DNA of 43,295 nt, taken from NCBI GenBank assembly GCA_937923745.1, contig CALDUO010000171.1, forward strand, positions 1-43,295. The letters are read 5' to 3'. Source of the DNA: an uncultured Granulosicoccaceae bacterium (lineage in GTDB: Bacteria > Pseudomonadota > Gammaproteobacteria > Granulosicoccales > Granulosicoccaceae). The notes beneath the pieces are model-generated. The model ran no database searches. It saw only the letters and a program-made list of their open reading frames with translations, and was not told where the DNA came from. The translations under genes were made by a program, and so were the position numbers. How positions within the stretch are numbered: the first letter of the stretch is position 1; each line of letters opens with the position of its first letter. Positions 1 to 11,709 of this stretch are shown here, piece after piece.

Positions 1-2
1 TC

Positions 3-197
3 ACCGATATAGCACTCTTCATTTTAGGCGTTGTTTTTATCATTCAGGGAGAAGTCATTCTCGGAGGCTGTATTCTAGCGGGCATATTTATTGTTGAGAC
101 CTATGCGTTGTTTCGCTCTCAAATTATCGTGCAGAGCTGGAACAATAAAGTGTATGCAGAGACGCTCAAAAGGCATTCTCACAAGCACAATCTTTAA
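3..197 (+). CDS. C-terminal fragment (5' partial at window edge) of a small hydrophobic membrane protein; ends TAA at 195-197
   Basis: Frame-3 translation from nt 3 is continuous: TDIALFILGVVFIIQGEVILGGCILAGIFIVETYALFRSQIIVQSWNNKVYAETLKRHSHKHNL*. Hydrophobic TM-like stretch; region is AT-rich relative to the rest of the window. Family not recognised. Confidence 0.3.
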   Translation, partial: TDIALFILGVVFIIQGEVILGGCILAGIFIVETYALFRSQIIVQSWNNKVYAETLKRHSHKHNL

Positions 198-284
198 AAG
201 CAAAATTCCAAGTAACGTTACAAGCGTTGGTGAATGCACTACTCTAACGCACAGTACCGCAATGCTTACTGACAAAACTACACA

Positions 285-725
285 GTGAACACCATCCTCC
301 CCCATCCGGATATAGAACACATACAACCCCTACTGGCAGAGAACGGCTTACCCACCGACGATCTGGCAGCGTTGGATTTAAACCATTTCTTTACCTGCCG
401 TGATGCCTCACGCACCATAGCGGTTATCGGCTTGGAGGTGTTTGGAGCCGACGCGTTATTGCGCTCGCTTGCGGTACAACGGGACTATCGTGGGCACGGT
501 TGCGGAGCTTTACTGTTACAGGCAGCGGAGACGCATGCTCAACAATCGGGAATAAGGAATCTTTATTTATTAACAGAGACAGCTGAGGAGTATTTTAGTC
601 GTCGAGGGTTTGCCTCTGTTGAAAGGTCTTTGGCACCGGTGGCTATCAGTTCAACTCGGCAATTTGGTGAGCTGTGCCCGGCTGATGCGGTTTTTATGCA
701 CAAACCGCTGGGTATTAGTGGCTGA
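285..725 (+). CDS. GNAT family N-acetyltransferase, ArsN2-like (amino-acid N-acetyltransferase-like)
   Basis: 146-aa ORF with GTG start; acetyl-CoA binding signature region RGHGCGALLL...RGF; overall resemblance to ArsN2-type acetyltransferases (recalled, not searched). Confidence 0.65.
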   Translation: MNTILPHPDIEHIQPLLAENGLPTDDLAALDLNHFFTCRDASRTIAVIGLEVFGADALLRSLAVQRDYRGHGCGALLLQAAETHAQQSGIRNLYLLTETAEEYFSRRGFASVERSLAPVAISSTRQFGELCPADAVFMHKPLGISG

Positions 726-835
726 TCAGTTGTTGTTTGGTTATTGTTCAGTTGTTGTTCGGGCGCAGATTGGAGGCCGATCAGGTTTAGTGTAAACCCG
801 ATCTTACGTTGACTGCCTTACCTTGGCTGTATTAT

Positions 836-862
836 GTGGTATCGGCTAAACACCGATACCAC
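836..862. terminator. 10-bp perfect stem / 7-nt loop hairpin (GTGGTATCGG-CTAAACA-CCGATACCAC) between convergent GNAT and lpdA genes; candidate bidirectional terminator without a clean T-run
   Basis: Inverted repeat read directly in sequence; located 110 nt after GNAT stop and 13 nt after lpdA stop. Confidence 0.45.
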
Positions 863-874
863 ACTGGTTCATGG

Positions 875-2332
<1,458 letters not shown>

Positions 2333-3574
2333 TTACACGTCAAATAAGATACGTTCAGGGTTCTCGACCAGTTCCTTGATGGTTTTCAGGAACGTGACAG
2401 CACCCTTGCCATCGACAATGCGATGGTCATACGACAATGCCAGATACATCATCGGACGAATCACCACCTCGCCATTTTCGGCAATCGGGCGATCTTGAGT
2501 TGCGTGCATACCCAGTATGGCGCTTTGCGGTGGATTTAAAATGGGTGTTGACAGTAACGAACCGAAGACGCCGCCATTGGAGACGGTAAAGGTGCCGCCG
2601 GTCATTTCATCCATAGACAATTTACCGGTTCGCGCCTTGTCGGCGTACTCGCCAATAGTACGTTCGATATCAGCCAACGACATGGTTTCGGTATTACGCA
2701 ACACCGGCACCACCAATCCACGATCAGATGATACGGCAACACCGATATCACAATAGCCATGGTAGACGATGTCATCACCGTCAATCGATGCGTTGACATC
2801 CGGAAAACGCTTGAGTGCTTCTGTAGCTGCCTTCAGAAAGATAGACATAAAGCCGAGTTTGACCCCATGGCTTTTCTCAAACTGGTCTTTGTATTTTTTA
2901 CGCATTTCAATAAATGCATGCATGTTCACCTCGTTAAAGGTGGTGAGCATGGCGGTATTTTGGGATGCATCCAGCAAGCGCTCGGCAATGCGTGCGCGCA
3001 GACGTGTCATCGGCACACGCTGTTCCGTTCTGGCACCCACCACGTTACCGCCAGCAGGTGCAGCAACAGCACCACTCGACGATGATACTGCCGCAACCGG
3101 TGCAGCAGCAGGTGCGCTGCCGGCTGCGTGGTTTTCAACGTCTTCTTTGGTGATTCGTCCGTTATTACCGGTACCTTTGACGTCAGATGCAGACAACCCT
3201 TTCTCGGACAACAGTCGTCTGACCGCCGGACTGGTTTGTCCCGCGTCATCGCTGTCGTCAGACTTAGACTCAGGCTCAGGATCAGACTTAGGCGCTGTTG
3301 CTGTCTCGGCAGCTGCGGGTGCAGGCGCAGCACCGCTGCCCTCTTCGATAGATCCGATGACCTGATGCGCAACGACTGTGGCACCTTCGTCTTCGATAAT
3401 GGCACCCAACACGCCGTCTTCTGACGCTGGCACTTCCAGTACAACTTTGTCGGTTTCAATGTCGACCAGTACTTCGTCACGAGTCACCGCGTCGCCCGGT
3501 TTTTTATGCCAGGTAACAACCAGTGCATCTGCAATGGATTCCGGAAGCGTTGGCACTTTGATTTCGGTGCTCAT
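2333..3574 (-). CDS. sucB: dihydrolipoamide succinyltransferase (E2 of 2-oxoglutarate dehydrogenase)
   Basis: 413 aa; N-terminal lipoyl domain ([12 protein letters not shown]), Ala/Pro-rich linker, catalytic domain with SYDHRIVDG motif; follows sucA. Confidence 0.95.
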   Translation of the reverse strand: MSTEIKVPTLPESIADALVVTWHKKPGDAVTRDEVLVDIETDKVVLEVPASEDGVLGAIIEDEGATVVAHQVIGSIEEGSGAAPAPAAAETATAPKSDPEPESKSDDSDDAGQTSPAVRRLLSEKGLSASDVKGTGNNGRITKEDVENHAAGSAPAAAPVAAVSSSSGAVAAPAGGNVVGARTEQRVPMTRLRARIAERLLDASQNTAMLTTFNEVNMHAFIEMRKKYKDQFEKSHGVKLGFMSIFLKAATEALKRFPDVNASIDGDDIVYHGYCDIGVAVSSDRGLVVPVLRNTETMSLADIERTIGEYADKARTGKLSMDEMTGGTFTVSNGGVFGSLLSTPILNPPQSAILGMHATQDRPIAENGEVVIRPMMYLALSYDHRIVDGKGAVTFLKTIKELVENPERILFDV

Positions 3575-3656
3575 GAGGTATGTCCTGTGTGTACGGTTAA
3601 GTGAATAAATCTATGGGTTTTGGTTATGGCTCGCGTTACCAACCAACAATACCGGT

Positions 3657-6485
3657 TCAGGCCTGCGAGTTGGGAATAATCCCCAACGCTTCCTGAGTGA
3701 GCTGCATCTGTTGTTCAAGGTGCGTATCGGCGTAACCCACCGCAGGTGATGCAGACGGTGCACGACCGGCAAATTCAACCTCAAGCTTGCCTGGCGTGCA
3801 ACGTTCAATACGATGCCGGTTAGAACGCCAAGCACCTTGGTTACGGGGTTCTTCCTGGCACCAGATAACCTGTTTTGCATTACTGTAACGCGACATTGAG
3901 GCTTTGACTTCATCGTACGGGAACGGATAGAGCTGTTCCAGTCGTACGATCGCTACATTTTCAAGCGATGCTTCGCGTCGGGCTTCGAGCAGGTCGTAAT
4001 AAACCTTGCCGCTACACAGCACCAAACGCTCTACATTGGCTGGTTTGATATCGTCTATTTCTTCCAGTACATTCTGGAACGTGCCGTCGGTCAGGTCTTC
4101 GAGCGACGATACCGCGAGGCGATGTCGGAGCAGACTCTTGGGGGTCATGACAATCAGCGGCCGACGCATGGGTCGCACCATTTGTCGGCGGAGCATGTGG
4201 TAGACCTGTGCCGGTGTGCTCGGCACGACCACTTGCATGTTGTCTTCTGCGCACAGTTGCAGAAAACGCTCAAGCCGGGCCGACGAATGCTCTGGCCCCT
4301 GCCCTTCATAACCGTGGGGCAGCAGTAGAGTCAAACCACACAGCCGTCCCCATTTGGTCTCCCCTGACGAGATGAACTGGTCAATAACCACCTGCGCACC
4401 GTTGGCAAAATCACCAAACTGCGCTTCCCAAATCACCAGTGACTCGGGGTCTGCCGTGGCATACCCGTATTCAAACGCCAGCACGGCCTCCTCTGACAAC
4501 ACGGAATCGATGACCAAAAAATTAGCCTTGTCGTCACCGAGTTCACGCAACGGAACATAGGCCTCTTTTTGACTTTGGTTGTGCAACACCGCATGACGGT
4601 GTGCAAATGTACCGCGGCCGCAGTCTTGCCCGGACAACCTAACGGCATACCCTTGGTTCACCAAGGTAGCGTACGCCATCGTCTCGGCAAAACCCCAGTC
4701 AAGTGGCAAGCTACCGGCAGCCATTTTTCGACGGTCTTCAAGTATTTTGTTAACCCGGCCATGCACAACAAACCCGTCAGGGATGGTGGTGAGCTGACGC
4801 GCCAGTGACTGCATCGTCTCCATCGAGACAGTTGATTCATACGGCACACGCCAATCGGCGGTGTTGTATTGTGCCCAGTCAATTTTGAGCTCGGGCGCTT
4901 CGGTTAAATCGGTGACAATGTCGGGCGCTACTGTCTCACCGGCATCGAGCTTATCGCGATAATCTTTAACCATGGCATCAGAGGTAGCCAGATCTACCAC
5001 ACCCTCTTCGGCCAGGCGAGCAGCGTATAACTTGCGCGTGGTCGGCAGTGATTTGATGACCTTGTACATCATGGGCTGCGTGATCGCTGGTTCATCGGTT
5101 TCGTTATGACCTAACCGGCGGTAACACACCAAATCGATGACCACATCTTTCTTAAACTGCATCCGAAAATCCAGCGCCATTTGCGTGACAAAATGAACCG
5201 CTTCCGGATCGTCGCCGTTAACGTGAAAAATAGGCGCATTAATCATTTTGGCAACGTCAGTCGCATACACTGTTGAGCGCGCATCGTTGGCGTTGCTGGT
5301 GGTAAAACCAATTTGGTTGTTAACAATAATATGCACGGTGCCTTTGGTTGAGAACCCGCGCGAATCAGCCATGTTAAAGGTTTCCATCACCACGCCTTGG
5401 CCAGCAAATGCCGCATCGCCGTGTATGGAAATAGGAATCACCTTGGAACCGTCGCTGTCACCGTACCGGTCTTGTCGAGACCGTACCGAACCTTCAACCA
5501 CTGGCGACACAATCTCGAGGTGCGACGGATTAAACGCCAATGCCAGATGCATGTGACCGGTTGACGTTTTCAAATCGGAAGAAAATCCCTGGTGATATTT
5601 TACGTCACCCGACGACAGGCTTCGGGTTGCCTTGCCTTCGAATTCCGAAAAAAGATCGGCAGGATTTTTACCGAGGATATTCACCAAAACGTTCAGTCGG
5701 CCCCGGTGCGCCATGCCAATGACCATGTCACAGACACCCATATCTCCAGCACGCTTAACCAACTCGCTCATGATGACGATCAGCGACTCGCCACCTTCAA
5801 GACCAAACCGTTTCTGGCCAACATAACGTGATTGCAGGTGACGCTCCAGACTCTCGGCGGCGGTTACCCGTCCGAGGATCCACTCGCGGGTTTCAGTAGA
5901 CAGTTCAGGATGGGACGCGACTTTTTCAATACGTTCAACCAACCACTGTTTTTGCCCGGTATGGTCAACATACATAAACTCGTAACCAATCGAACTACAG
6001 TAACACTTCTCCAGATGCGCAATGATGTCGCGCAGTGGCGCACGGTCAATACCGTGCAACTCGGGTGTTTCAAAGACGGTATCAAGGTCGCTGTCTGACA
6101 GGCCATTTTCCTGCAACTGCACTTCCCTGACGGTTGCCTCGGGCTTTCGGTCCAGCGGGTCGATAGAGGCAAGCTGATGTCCACGAACCCGATAGGCATT
6201 GATCAGTTGAGTCACATAAATCTGTTTGAGCGCATGACCGGTCGAGCCATCACCCGCAGTAACAGCTGACTGCGGCACAAACCGATAAAACTGATCGCGC
6301 ACTTTCGATTGCGGTACATCGGTTCGGGTGCCCCCGTTAACTGCCGGTAGCTGATCAAAGTACTGTCGCCACGACTCGTCTACGGATGTCGGGTCAGCGA
6401 GGTATTGCTCGTACTGACTTTCAAGCCACGGAGAATTGGCGCCACCCAACAGGGAGGACTGCTCAAGCGATTTCATGTTACCCAT
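3657..6485 (-). CDS. sucA: 2-oxoglutarate dehydrogenase E1 component
   Basis: 942 aa; typical SucA N-terminus (SLLGGANSPWLESQYEQY), ThDP-binding region (GDAAFAGQG, HGRLNVL); size and synteny with sucB-lpdA. Confidence 0.95.
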   Translation of the reverse strand: MGNMKSLEQSSLLGGANSPWLESQYEQYLADPTSVDESWRQYFDQLPAVNGGTRTDVPQSKVRDQFYRFVPQSAVTAGDGSTGHALKQIYVTQLINAYRVRGHQLASIDPLDRKPEATVREVQLQENGLSDSDLDTVFETPELHGIDRAPLRDIIAHLEKCYCSSIGYEFMYVDHTGQKQWLVERIEKVASHPELSTETREWILGRVTAAESLERHLQSRYVGQKRFGLEGGESLIVIMSELVKRAGDMGVCDMVIGMAHRGRLNVLVNILGKNPADLFSEFEGKATRSLSSGDVKYHQGFSSDLKTSTGHMHLALAFNPSHLEIVSPVVEGSVRSRQDRYGDSDGSKVIPISIHGDAAFAGQGVVMETFNMADSRGFSTKGTVHIIVNNQIGFTTSNANDARSTVYATDVAKMINAPIFHVNGDDPEAVHFVTQMALDFRMQFKKDVVIDLVCYRRLGHNETDEPAITQPMMYKVIKSLPTTRKLYAARLAEEGVVDLATSDAMVKDYRDKLDAGETVAPDIVTDLTEAPELKIDWAQYNTADWRVPYESTVSMETMQSLARQLTTIPDGFVVHGRVNKILEDRRKMAAGSLPLDWGFAETMAYATLVNQGYAVRLSGQDCGRGTFAHRHAVLHNQSQKEAYVPLRELGDDKANFLVIDSVLSEEAVLAFEYGYATADPESLVIWEAQFGDFANGAQVVIDQFISSGETKWGRLCGLTLLLPHGYEGQGPEHSSARLERFLQLCAEDNMQVVVPSTPAQVYHMLRRQMVRPMRRPLIVMTPKSLLRHRLAVSSLEDLTDGTFQNVLEEIDDIKPANVERLVLCSGKVYYDLLEARREASLENVAIVRLEQLYPFPYDEVKASMSRYSNAKQVIWCQEEPRNQGAWRSNRHRIERCTPGKLEVEFAGRAPSASPAVGYADTHLEQQMQLTQEALGIIPNSQA

Positions 6486-6512
6486 AATAAAAAGCCCGGT
6501 ACCGGATTTGAC

Positions 6513-7550
6513 TTACAAATGTTGCGGTATGTTGTCGATGACAACTTTGGTGAATTCATCGGTGTTCAGTTTCCCGCCAAGATCGCGGGTGCTGTGTCCG
6601 CCCTCGATGGCACTTAACAGGCTGAGACGAAGCGCGTGGCCCAGATCATAACGGTCGACGTGGTCGAGCAACATGCCAAACGACAGCAACACCGCCGCTG
6701 GATTACAGATATTTTTTCCGGCGATATCAGGCGCTGTGCCACCGGCTGGATCAAACATCGCAATATCGACATTGTAGTTATCATCGAACGAATAGTTGCC
6801 GCTTGCGCCGGTGCCAAGGCTGCCGACCAGACCCGAGGCCATGTCAGACAGGAAATCACCGTACTCATTCAACACCAGCACGACTTCGAAGTCACTGGGG
6901 TTGAGGATGACTTTGGCCAGCAACGCATCAAACAGTTCCACATGATGGTCAACGTTGCTGTATTCCTTCGATACGTCCTTCACCACAGACTCAAACAACC
7001 CGTCTGTGACCCGTTGAATAGTGTGTTTGGATGACGAAGTAACACTGTAGTGTTCGTTGCCGTAGGTCAGGCCTTTTTTACGCGCCAGCTGAAACGCAAA
7101 ATGTGCTGCCTGCAGGCAGGGCTTACGCTCAACCATTCGTAGCGAGACGGCCGCCTCTTGGCCAATAAGCTGGCCCGGGTCGTCGTAGGTGCCGCCCGTG
7201 GCAATGCGCACGATATGCAGATTAACGTCTTCTTTGAAGTTGCTGTGGATACCTTTGATGGAAATAGCCGGGCGATAGATCACGCTGAAGTTCAGTCGGC
7301 GACGAATTTCGGCATTAGGGCTGCTTTTTTTGGTAACAGTAGGGTATTTCACTGCAAGCCGCGTGGCTCGCATGCTCTGTTCGGCCTCATCAATGACATC
7401 CATGCCCCTTGCTTCACGATTTTCGAGTGACCAATCTACCGGCAGGAAGTCGAACTCTACCGGTAACGACTCCGCAACAGCATGAACGCTGTCAGCGAGT
7501 TCGGGCCCAATGCCGTCGCCCAACAGCTCGGTTATTTTTATAGCGCTCAC
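6513..7550 (-). CDS. isocitrate/isopropylmalate dehydrogenase family protein (probably NAD-dependent isocitrate dehydrogenase given TCA-cycle context)
   Basis: 345 aa; GDGIGPE N-terminal motif, C-terminal substrate/metal region FDPAGGTAPDIAGKNICNPAA; GTG start with AGGAGA RBS 8 nt upstream; directly upstream of sucA on same strand. Confidence 0.75.
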   Translation of the reverse strand: MSAIKITELLGDGIGPELADSVHAVAESLPVEFDFLPVDWSLENREARGMDVIDEAEQSMRATRLAVKYPTVTKKSSPNAEIRRRLNFSVIYRPAISIKGIHSNFKEDVNLHIVRIATGGTYDDPGQLIGQEAAVSLRMVERKPCLQAAHFAFQLARKKGLTYGNEHYSVTSSSKHTIQRVTDGLFESVVKDVSKEYSNVDHHVELFDALLAKVILNPSDFEVVLVLNEYGDFLSDMASGLVGSLGTGASGNYSFDDNYNVDIAMFDPAGGTAPDIAGKNICNPAAVLLSFGMLLDHVDRYDLGHALRLSLLSAIEGGHSTRDLGGKLNTDEFTKVVIDNIPQHL

Positions 7551-7973
7551 TGCGTCTTTCTCCTGTGTTCAGTGTCGGTCATTCGGTTGCTTCCAAGGCG
7601 TGCAAACGTTGCGGCAAAATGACGGCTGAGGTGCGCAATACGCCTGTTTTTCAGGATGTCATTCCGGGCACAGCAGCGCCAATGGGCCAAGGGAGTCAGG
7701 AAGTGTAAAAACAGATAGGCTCCGCCAACCCGGGGGTTACGGTAAAGGAGGTTAAACGTCACGTTGCAGCCACGCCTAGGGGCAAGAGCGTTACCTGTTT
7801 AGGAATTGGGTAATGGGGTGCATATATTACACCAACCCTCCCGGTGTTCACAGTACCGGCTAACGCAAAGACATCAGGTTTTACAGTGTTTACACACCGT
7901 ACAAATGAAACCGTCAAAACCCCCGGCGAAGCATGCCAAACAGGTGCCTTAACAGACCGGCAAATTTGGGGCG

Positions 7974-8702
7974 TTACGGACCAATTGCCATGTCATCGTC
8001 AAGATTCCAGCGTTCCGGATTAGCCCAGTATTTTGCATTTAACCACGTTGGCGGGGTCTTGTAGTGTTCGAGCGAATACAGGTAGTGCTGTGTGGCGGGC
8101 GAGCCTTCCCCCGACACTGGAAACGACACCGGACACTCAACATAACCCAGCGAAAAGTAGTCGCTGCGGGACAGGGGCACTGTTGGGTTTTGCCGATTTT
8201 TTTTCGAGTGGTCTTCTGAGCTGTCTTCTAAATGGTCTTGGGCGTGTTTTGCCGGGTCGTTTTCCGGGCAATTTTCGGAGCGATTTCCGGCAGCGTTATC
8301 AGAGCCGTTTGCAGGGGTGTTTTGTGGGATATTTTGCGGGGTAAGAGGCTGGTTCACGACAACCATACCGCTGATATGATCCCGCAGGAAACCCAGCCCC
8401 TGAATAGCCTCGGTCACAGTGCTCCAACCGTCGGGCTGACTGACGTACACAAAGTCGGGCTTGTCTGCCAGCAGTGCATCAACTGCGCTGTAGCACGCCA
8501 CCACGCGGTTTGCCGACCTCTCAGCGAGCGCTTTGGCGACCGGTTGCCAGGTGCCAAGCGTCGCGTCACCGCACCATACGGCAGCCCGGACCGACTGACA
8601 ATCTGCCATGAGCCTGTCCAGCAGCGCAACACGTGCGGCAAGACCGGACACATTGGCGCGGTGGTCAATGTTGGCGGTATTTGTGACAGAATGATCGGTC
8701 AT
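7974..8702 (-). CDS. hypothetical protein with internal 13 x 4-aa repeat linker (TPQN IPQN TPAN GSDN ... NRQN) encoded by a 12-bp degenerate tandem array
   Basis: 242-aa ORF co-oriented 24 nt downstream of the DUF1244 gene. The central linker corresponds to DNA 8182-8349, which is a 12-nt-period imperfect direct repeat (GNGNNGTTTTNC-like on + strand). Flanking N- and C-terminal domains are not recognised. Confidence 0.55.
   Translation of the reverse strand: MTDHSVTNTANIDHRANVSGLAARVALLDRLMADCQSVRAAVWCGDATLGTWQPVAKALAERSANRVVACYSAVDALLADKPDFVYVSQPDGWSTVTEAIQGLGFLRDHISGMVVVNQPLTPQNIPQNTPANGSDNAAGNRSENCPENDPAKHAQDHLEDSSEDHSKKNRQNPTVPLSRSDYFSLGYVECPVSFPVSGEGSPATQHYLYSLEHYKTPPTWLNAKYWANPERWNLDDDMAIGP
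8182..8349. repeat. about 14 tandem degenerate 12-nt repeats inside the coding region of the 242-aa hypothetical protein
   Basis: Units such as gagtggtcttct / gagctgtcttct / gggtcgttttcc / gggcaattttcg / gagcgatttccg read directly; in frame, encoding xPxN-like tetrapeptide repeats on the minus strand. Confidence 0.75.
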
Positions 8703-8726
8703 CGGCGAACTTGACTGAACCCAGCG

Positions 8727-9017
8727 CTAGCCATGGGTCGACTTGTACTGCTCCATCTGTTCGGGCGTCGCCTCGCGCTGGTGCTTGGCCTTCCATTCGC
8801 TGTAGGGCATGCCGTAGACAATTTCACGTGCCGCCTCGTAGTCGATATTCTCGCCACGCTCGGTCGCAGCCGCCGAATACCACTTGGACAGGCAGTTTCG
8901 GCAGAAACCGGACAGGTTCATGAGGTCGATATTTTGCACATCGGTGCGCTCCTGCAGGTGCGCGACCAGTGTCCTGAACGCGGCAGCTTCGAGCTCGATT
9001 CGTTTGCTTTCTTCCAT
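8727..9017 (-). CDS. DUF1244 family protein
   Basis: 96 aa; motif NIDLMNLSGFCRNCLSKWY characteristic of DUF1244 (recalled). Confidence 0.75.
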   Translation of the reverse strand: MEESKRIELEAAAFRTLVAHLQERTDVQNIDLMNLSGFCRNCLSKWYSAAATERGENIDYEAAREIVYGMPYSEWKAKHQREATPEQMEQYKSTHG

Positions 9018-9148
9018 TCTGTCACCCCTTAGACTTCAACAAGCAGATATCCGGTATTATATATAAGTATTCGGCCACAAAATGCTGTGTCCGCCACTAA
9101 TCGCAGACCGGTCGTCACAGACAACCGGGTAATCGGAAGACTCTCGCC

Positions 9149-9502
9149 ATGCCCAGCTGGTTCAATCTGTTAGTGATCGCGCTGATCGCGTCAGTGGGCG
9201 TTGTCTGGTGGAACAACTCGAAGGCACGAGAGCTCGCTGTCGCTTTTGCACGACGGGCCTGTGATCGCGAGGGTTTGCAGCTTCTCGACCAAACCGTCGA
9301 ACTGGTAAAGGTCAGAATGATCCGCAATGCAGCGGGCCGACGAGAATTACAGCGTCTGTACCGCTTCGAATTTACCGGAGACGCAGAGCACCGCGACCCT
9401 GGCAGCATCACCATGAATGGTCAACAGCTCAAGGCTATTGTGCTCCCGTTCAAGCGGGATGAGTTCGGAAACCGTGTATTTGAACAACCACAGGAACACT
9501 AA
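9149..9502 (+). CDS. DUF3301-like small membrane-anchored protein
   Basis: 117 aa; N-terminal TM helix (WFNLLVIALIASVGVVWW); architecture matches DUF3301 as recalled; stop abuts ychJ start. Confidence 0.55.
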   Translation: MPSWFNLLVIALIASVGVVWWNNSKARELAVAFARRACDREGLQLLDQTVELVKVRMIRNAAGRRELQRLYRFEFTGDAEHRDPGSITMNGQQLKAIVLPFKRDEFGNRVFEQPQEH

Positions 9503-9997
9503 ATGACAGACTGCCCTTGCCAGTCAGGCAATTCACTCACCGATTGCTGCGGACCCTATCTCGACAATGGCGTCAAACCCGATAACGCCGAAGCCCTGAT
9601 GCGCGCGCGATACACCGCACACACCCGTGCCGATATCGGTTTTATTATCGGAACCCATCACCCGTCCAACCGGTCAGAGATTGACGAAGCTTCCACTAAA
9701 AAGTGGGCAGCACAATCCACCTGGCTGGGTCTTGACATTAAAAATGTTGAGGGTGGTCAGGCAACAGACCGACAGGCTCGCATCGAGTTTGTCGCCAAAT
9801 ACCGCGACCAAAACCGTCGGCGGCACGATCACACAGAAATTGCCATTTTTGAGAAGCACAACGGCGATTGGTTTTTTAAAGATGCCGAAATGCCCAAAGT
9901 GGAACAGTTCCAGCGTGAAGCACCCAAGCAAGGCAGAAATGACCCGTGCGCCTGTGGTAGTGGCAAAAAATACAAAAAATGCTGTGGCGCAGCCTGA
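9503..9997 (+). CDS. ychJ: YchJ family protein (UPF0225, two SEC-C metal-binding motifs)
   Basis: 164 aa; N-terminal CPCQSG...CC and C-terminal [13 protein letters not shown] SecA-C-like motifs. Confidence 0.85.
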   Translation: MTDCPCQSGNSLTDCCGPYLDNGVKPDNAEALMRARYTAHTRADIGFIIGTHHPSNRSEIDEASTKKWAAQSTWLGLDIKNVEGGQATDRQARIEFVAKYRDQNRRRHDHTEIAIFEKHNGDWFFKDAEMPKVEQFQREAPKQGRNDPCACGSGKKYKKCCGAA

Positions 9998-10029
9998 CCT
10001 AAACACATACCCCGGAGGACACCGCAGTA

Positions 10030-11700
10030 ATGGACACTCAACCTTGGCTTAAGTCGTACCCTGATGGCGTTGATCACACCATCAACATAGAAGAATACAA
10101 CTCAATCGTTCAGTTACTGGAAGAGTCCATTAACGATTTCGGTGATCAAATTGCCTATATTAATATGGGCAAGTCCATGACCTACAACGAGCTCGATACG
10201 CTAACGCGTAATTTTGCGTCTTATCTACAGCACGAGGCAGGGCTTAAAAAAGGTGATCGTATTGCGATCATGATGCCGAACCTGCTGCAATATCCTATTG
10301 CTGTATTCGGTGCACTGCGTGCAGGCCTGGTGGTGGTCAACACCAACCCGCTCTACACCGACAGAGAACTCAAACATCAGCTTCAGGACTCTGGCGCCAA
10401 AGCCATTGTGGTTGTCGAAGCCTTTGCCCACACCGTTGCAGATGTCGTCAAAGACACCGATGTCGAGCACATCATTACCACCAAGTTTGGCGACAGACTG
10501 GGTATGCTCAAAGGGGCCATCGTCAATTTTGTCATTCGCAAAATCAAAAAGATGGTACCCGCGTTCAGCCTGCCGGATGCACACGGCTTTAACGATGTAT
10601 TAAAACGAGGCGCTGCATTACCCGATGCGGTAGAAGATTGTGATCGCGATGACATTGCCTTCTTGCAGTACACCGGCGGCACCACCGGCGTTGCCAAGGG
10701 CGCTATGCTGACCCACGGCAACCTGATTGCCAATATGCTTCAGGCACTCACCTGGATCAGCACCGCCAAACTACAGCCGGGCAAAGAGTTTATTGTCACC
10801 GCGCTACCGCTTTATCACATCTTTGCACTGACAGCGAACTGTCTGGTTTTCCTAAAACTGGGTGCACAGAACCTGCTGATTACCAATCCTCGGGACATGC
10901 CGGACTTCGTTAAGCAACTGGGTAAATATCCGTTCACGGTCATCACCGGTGTTAATACACTCTTTAACGGCCTGCTCAACACCCCTGGGTTCGATGCAAT
11001 CAATTTTTCACCGTTAAAATTGACACTCGGCGGCGGCATGGCGGTACAGGAGTCTGTTGCCAATCGCTGGAAACAAGTCACCGGTACAGCACTGGTCGAG
11101 GCATACGGTTTAACCGAAACCTCACCTGCAGCCTGCGTTAACCCACTCAATCTGACAGAATTCAACGGCGCTATTGGCCTGCCATTGCCGTCAACCGATT
11201 GCTGCATTAAAAACGAAGAGGGCGAGCGTGTCGGTGTGAATACTCCCGGCGAACTGTGCATCAAAGGCCCACAGGTTATGGCGGGCTACTGGAAGCGCCC
11301 GGACGCCACCGACGAAATCATGGACGATGAGGGTTATCTGCACTCGGGCGACATCGCCGAAATGAATGAGCAGGGGTTTTTCAAAATTGTTGATCGGCTG
11401 AAAGACATGATCTTGGTATCTGGCTTTAACGTGTACCCCAATGAAATCGAGGCGGTTATATCGCAAATGCCCGAAGTGCTTGAAGTCGGTGCGATTGGCG
11501 TGCCGGATGAATCGTCTGGTGAGGCAGTAAAAGTTATCATCGTCAAAGCCGATCAATCGCTGACCGAAGAACAGGTAATCGCACACTGCAAAGAACAGAT
11601 GACCGGCTACAAACGACCAAGCTACGTCAAATTTGTGGAAGAGCTGCCCAAAACCAATGTCGGTAAAATTCTGCGTCGTGAACTGCGTGATTTGACCTAA
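10030..11700 (+). CDS. fadD: long-chain-fatty-acid--CoA ligase
   Basis: 556 aa; AMP-binding motif YTGGTTGVAKGAMLTHGNL, typical FadD termini (MDTQPWLKSYPDGV... KILRRELRD). Confidence 0.9.
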   Translation: MDTQPWLKSYPDGVDHTINIEEYNSIVQLLEESINDFGDQIAYINMGKSMTYNELDTLTRNFASYLQHEAGLKKGDRIAIMMPNLLQYPIAVFGALRAGLVVVNTNPLYTDRELKHQLQDSGAKAIVVVEAFAHTVADVVKDTDVEHIITTKFGDRLGMLKGAIVNFVIRKIKKMVPAFSLPDAHGFNDVLKRGAALPDAVEDCDRDDIAFLQYTGGTTGVAKGAMLTHGNLIANMLQALTWISTAKLQPGKEFIVTALPLYHIFALTANCLVFLKLGAQNLLITNPRDMPDFVKQLGKYPFTVITGVNTLFNGLLNTPGFDAINFSPLKLTLGGGMAVQESVANRWKQVTGTALVEAYGLTETSPAACVNPLNLTEFNGAIGLPLPSTDCCIKNEEGERVGVNTPGELCIKGPQVMAGYWKRPDATDEIMDDEGYLHSGDIAEMNEQGFFKIVDRLKDMILVSGFNVYPNEIEAVISQMPEVLEVGAIGVPDESSGEAVKVIIVKADQSLTEEQVIAHCKEQMTGYKRPSYVKFVEELPKTNVGKILRRELRDLT

Positions 11701-11709
11701 CCGACCACC

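Noticed and set aside
7741-7800. Strong SD-like AAGGAGGT followed by a small ORF on + strand
   Set aside because: The nearest start (TTG 12 nt downstream) opens only a 12-codon frame. Likely coincidental.
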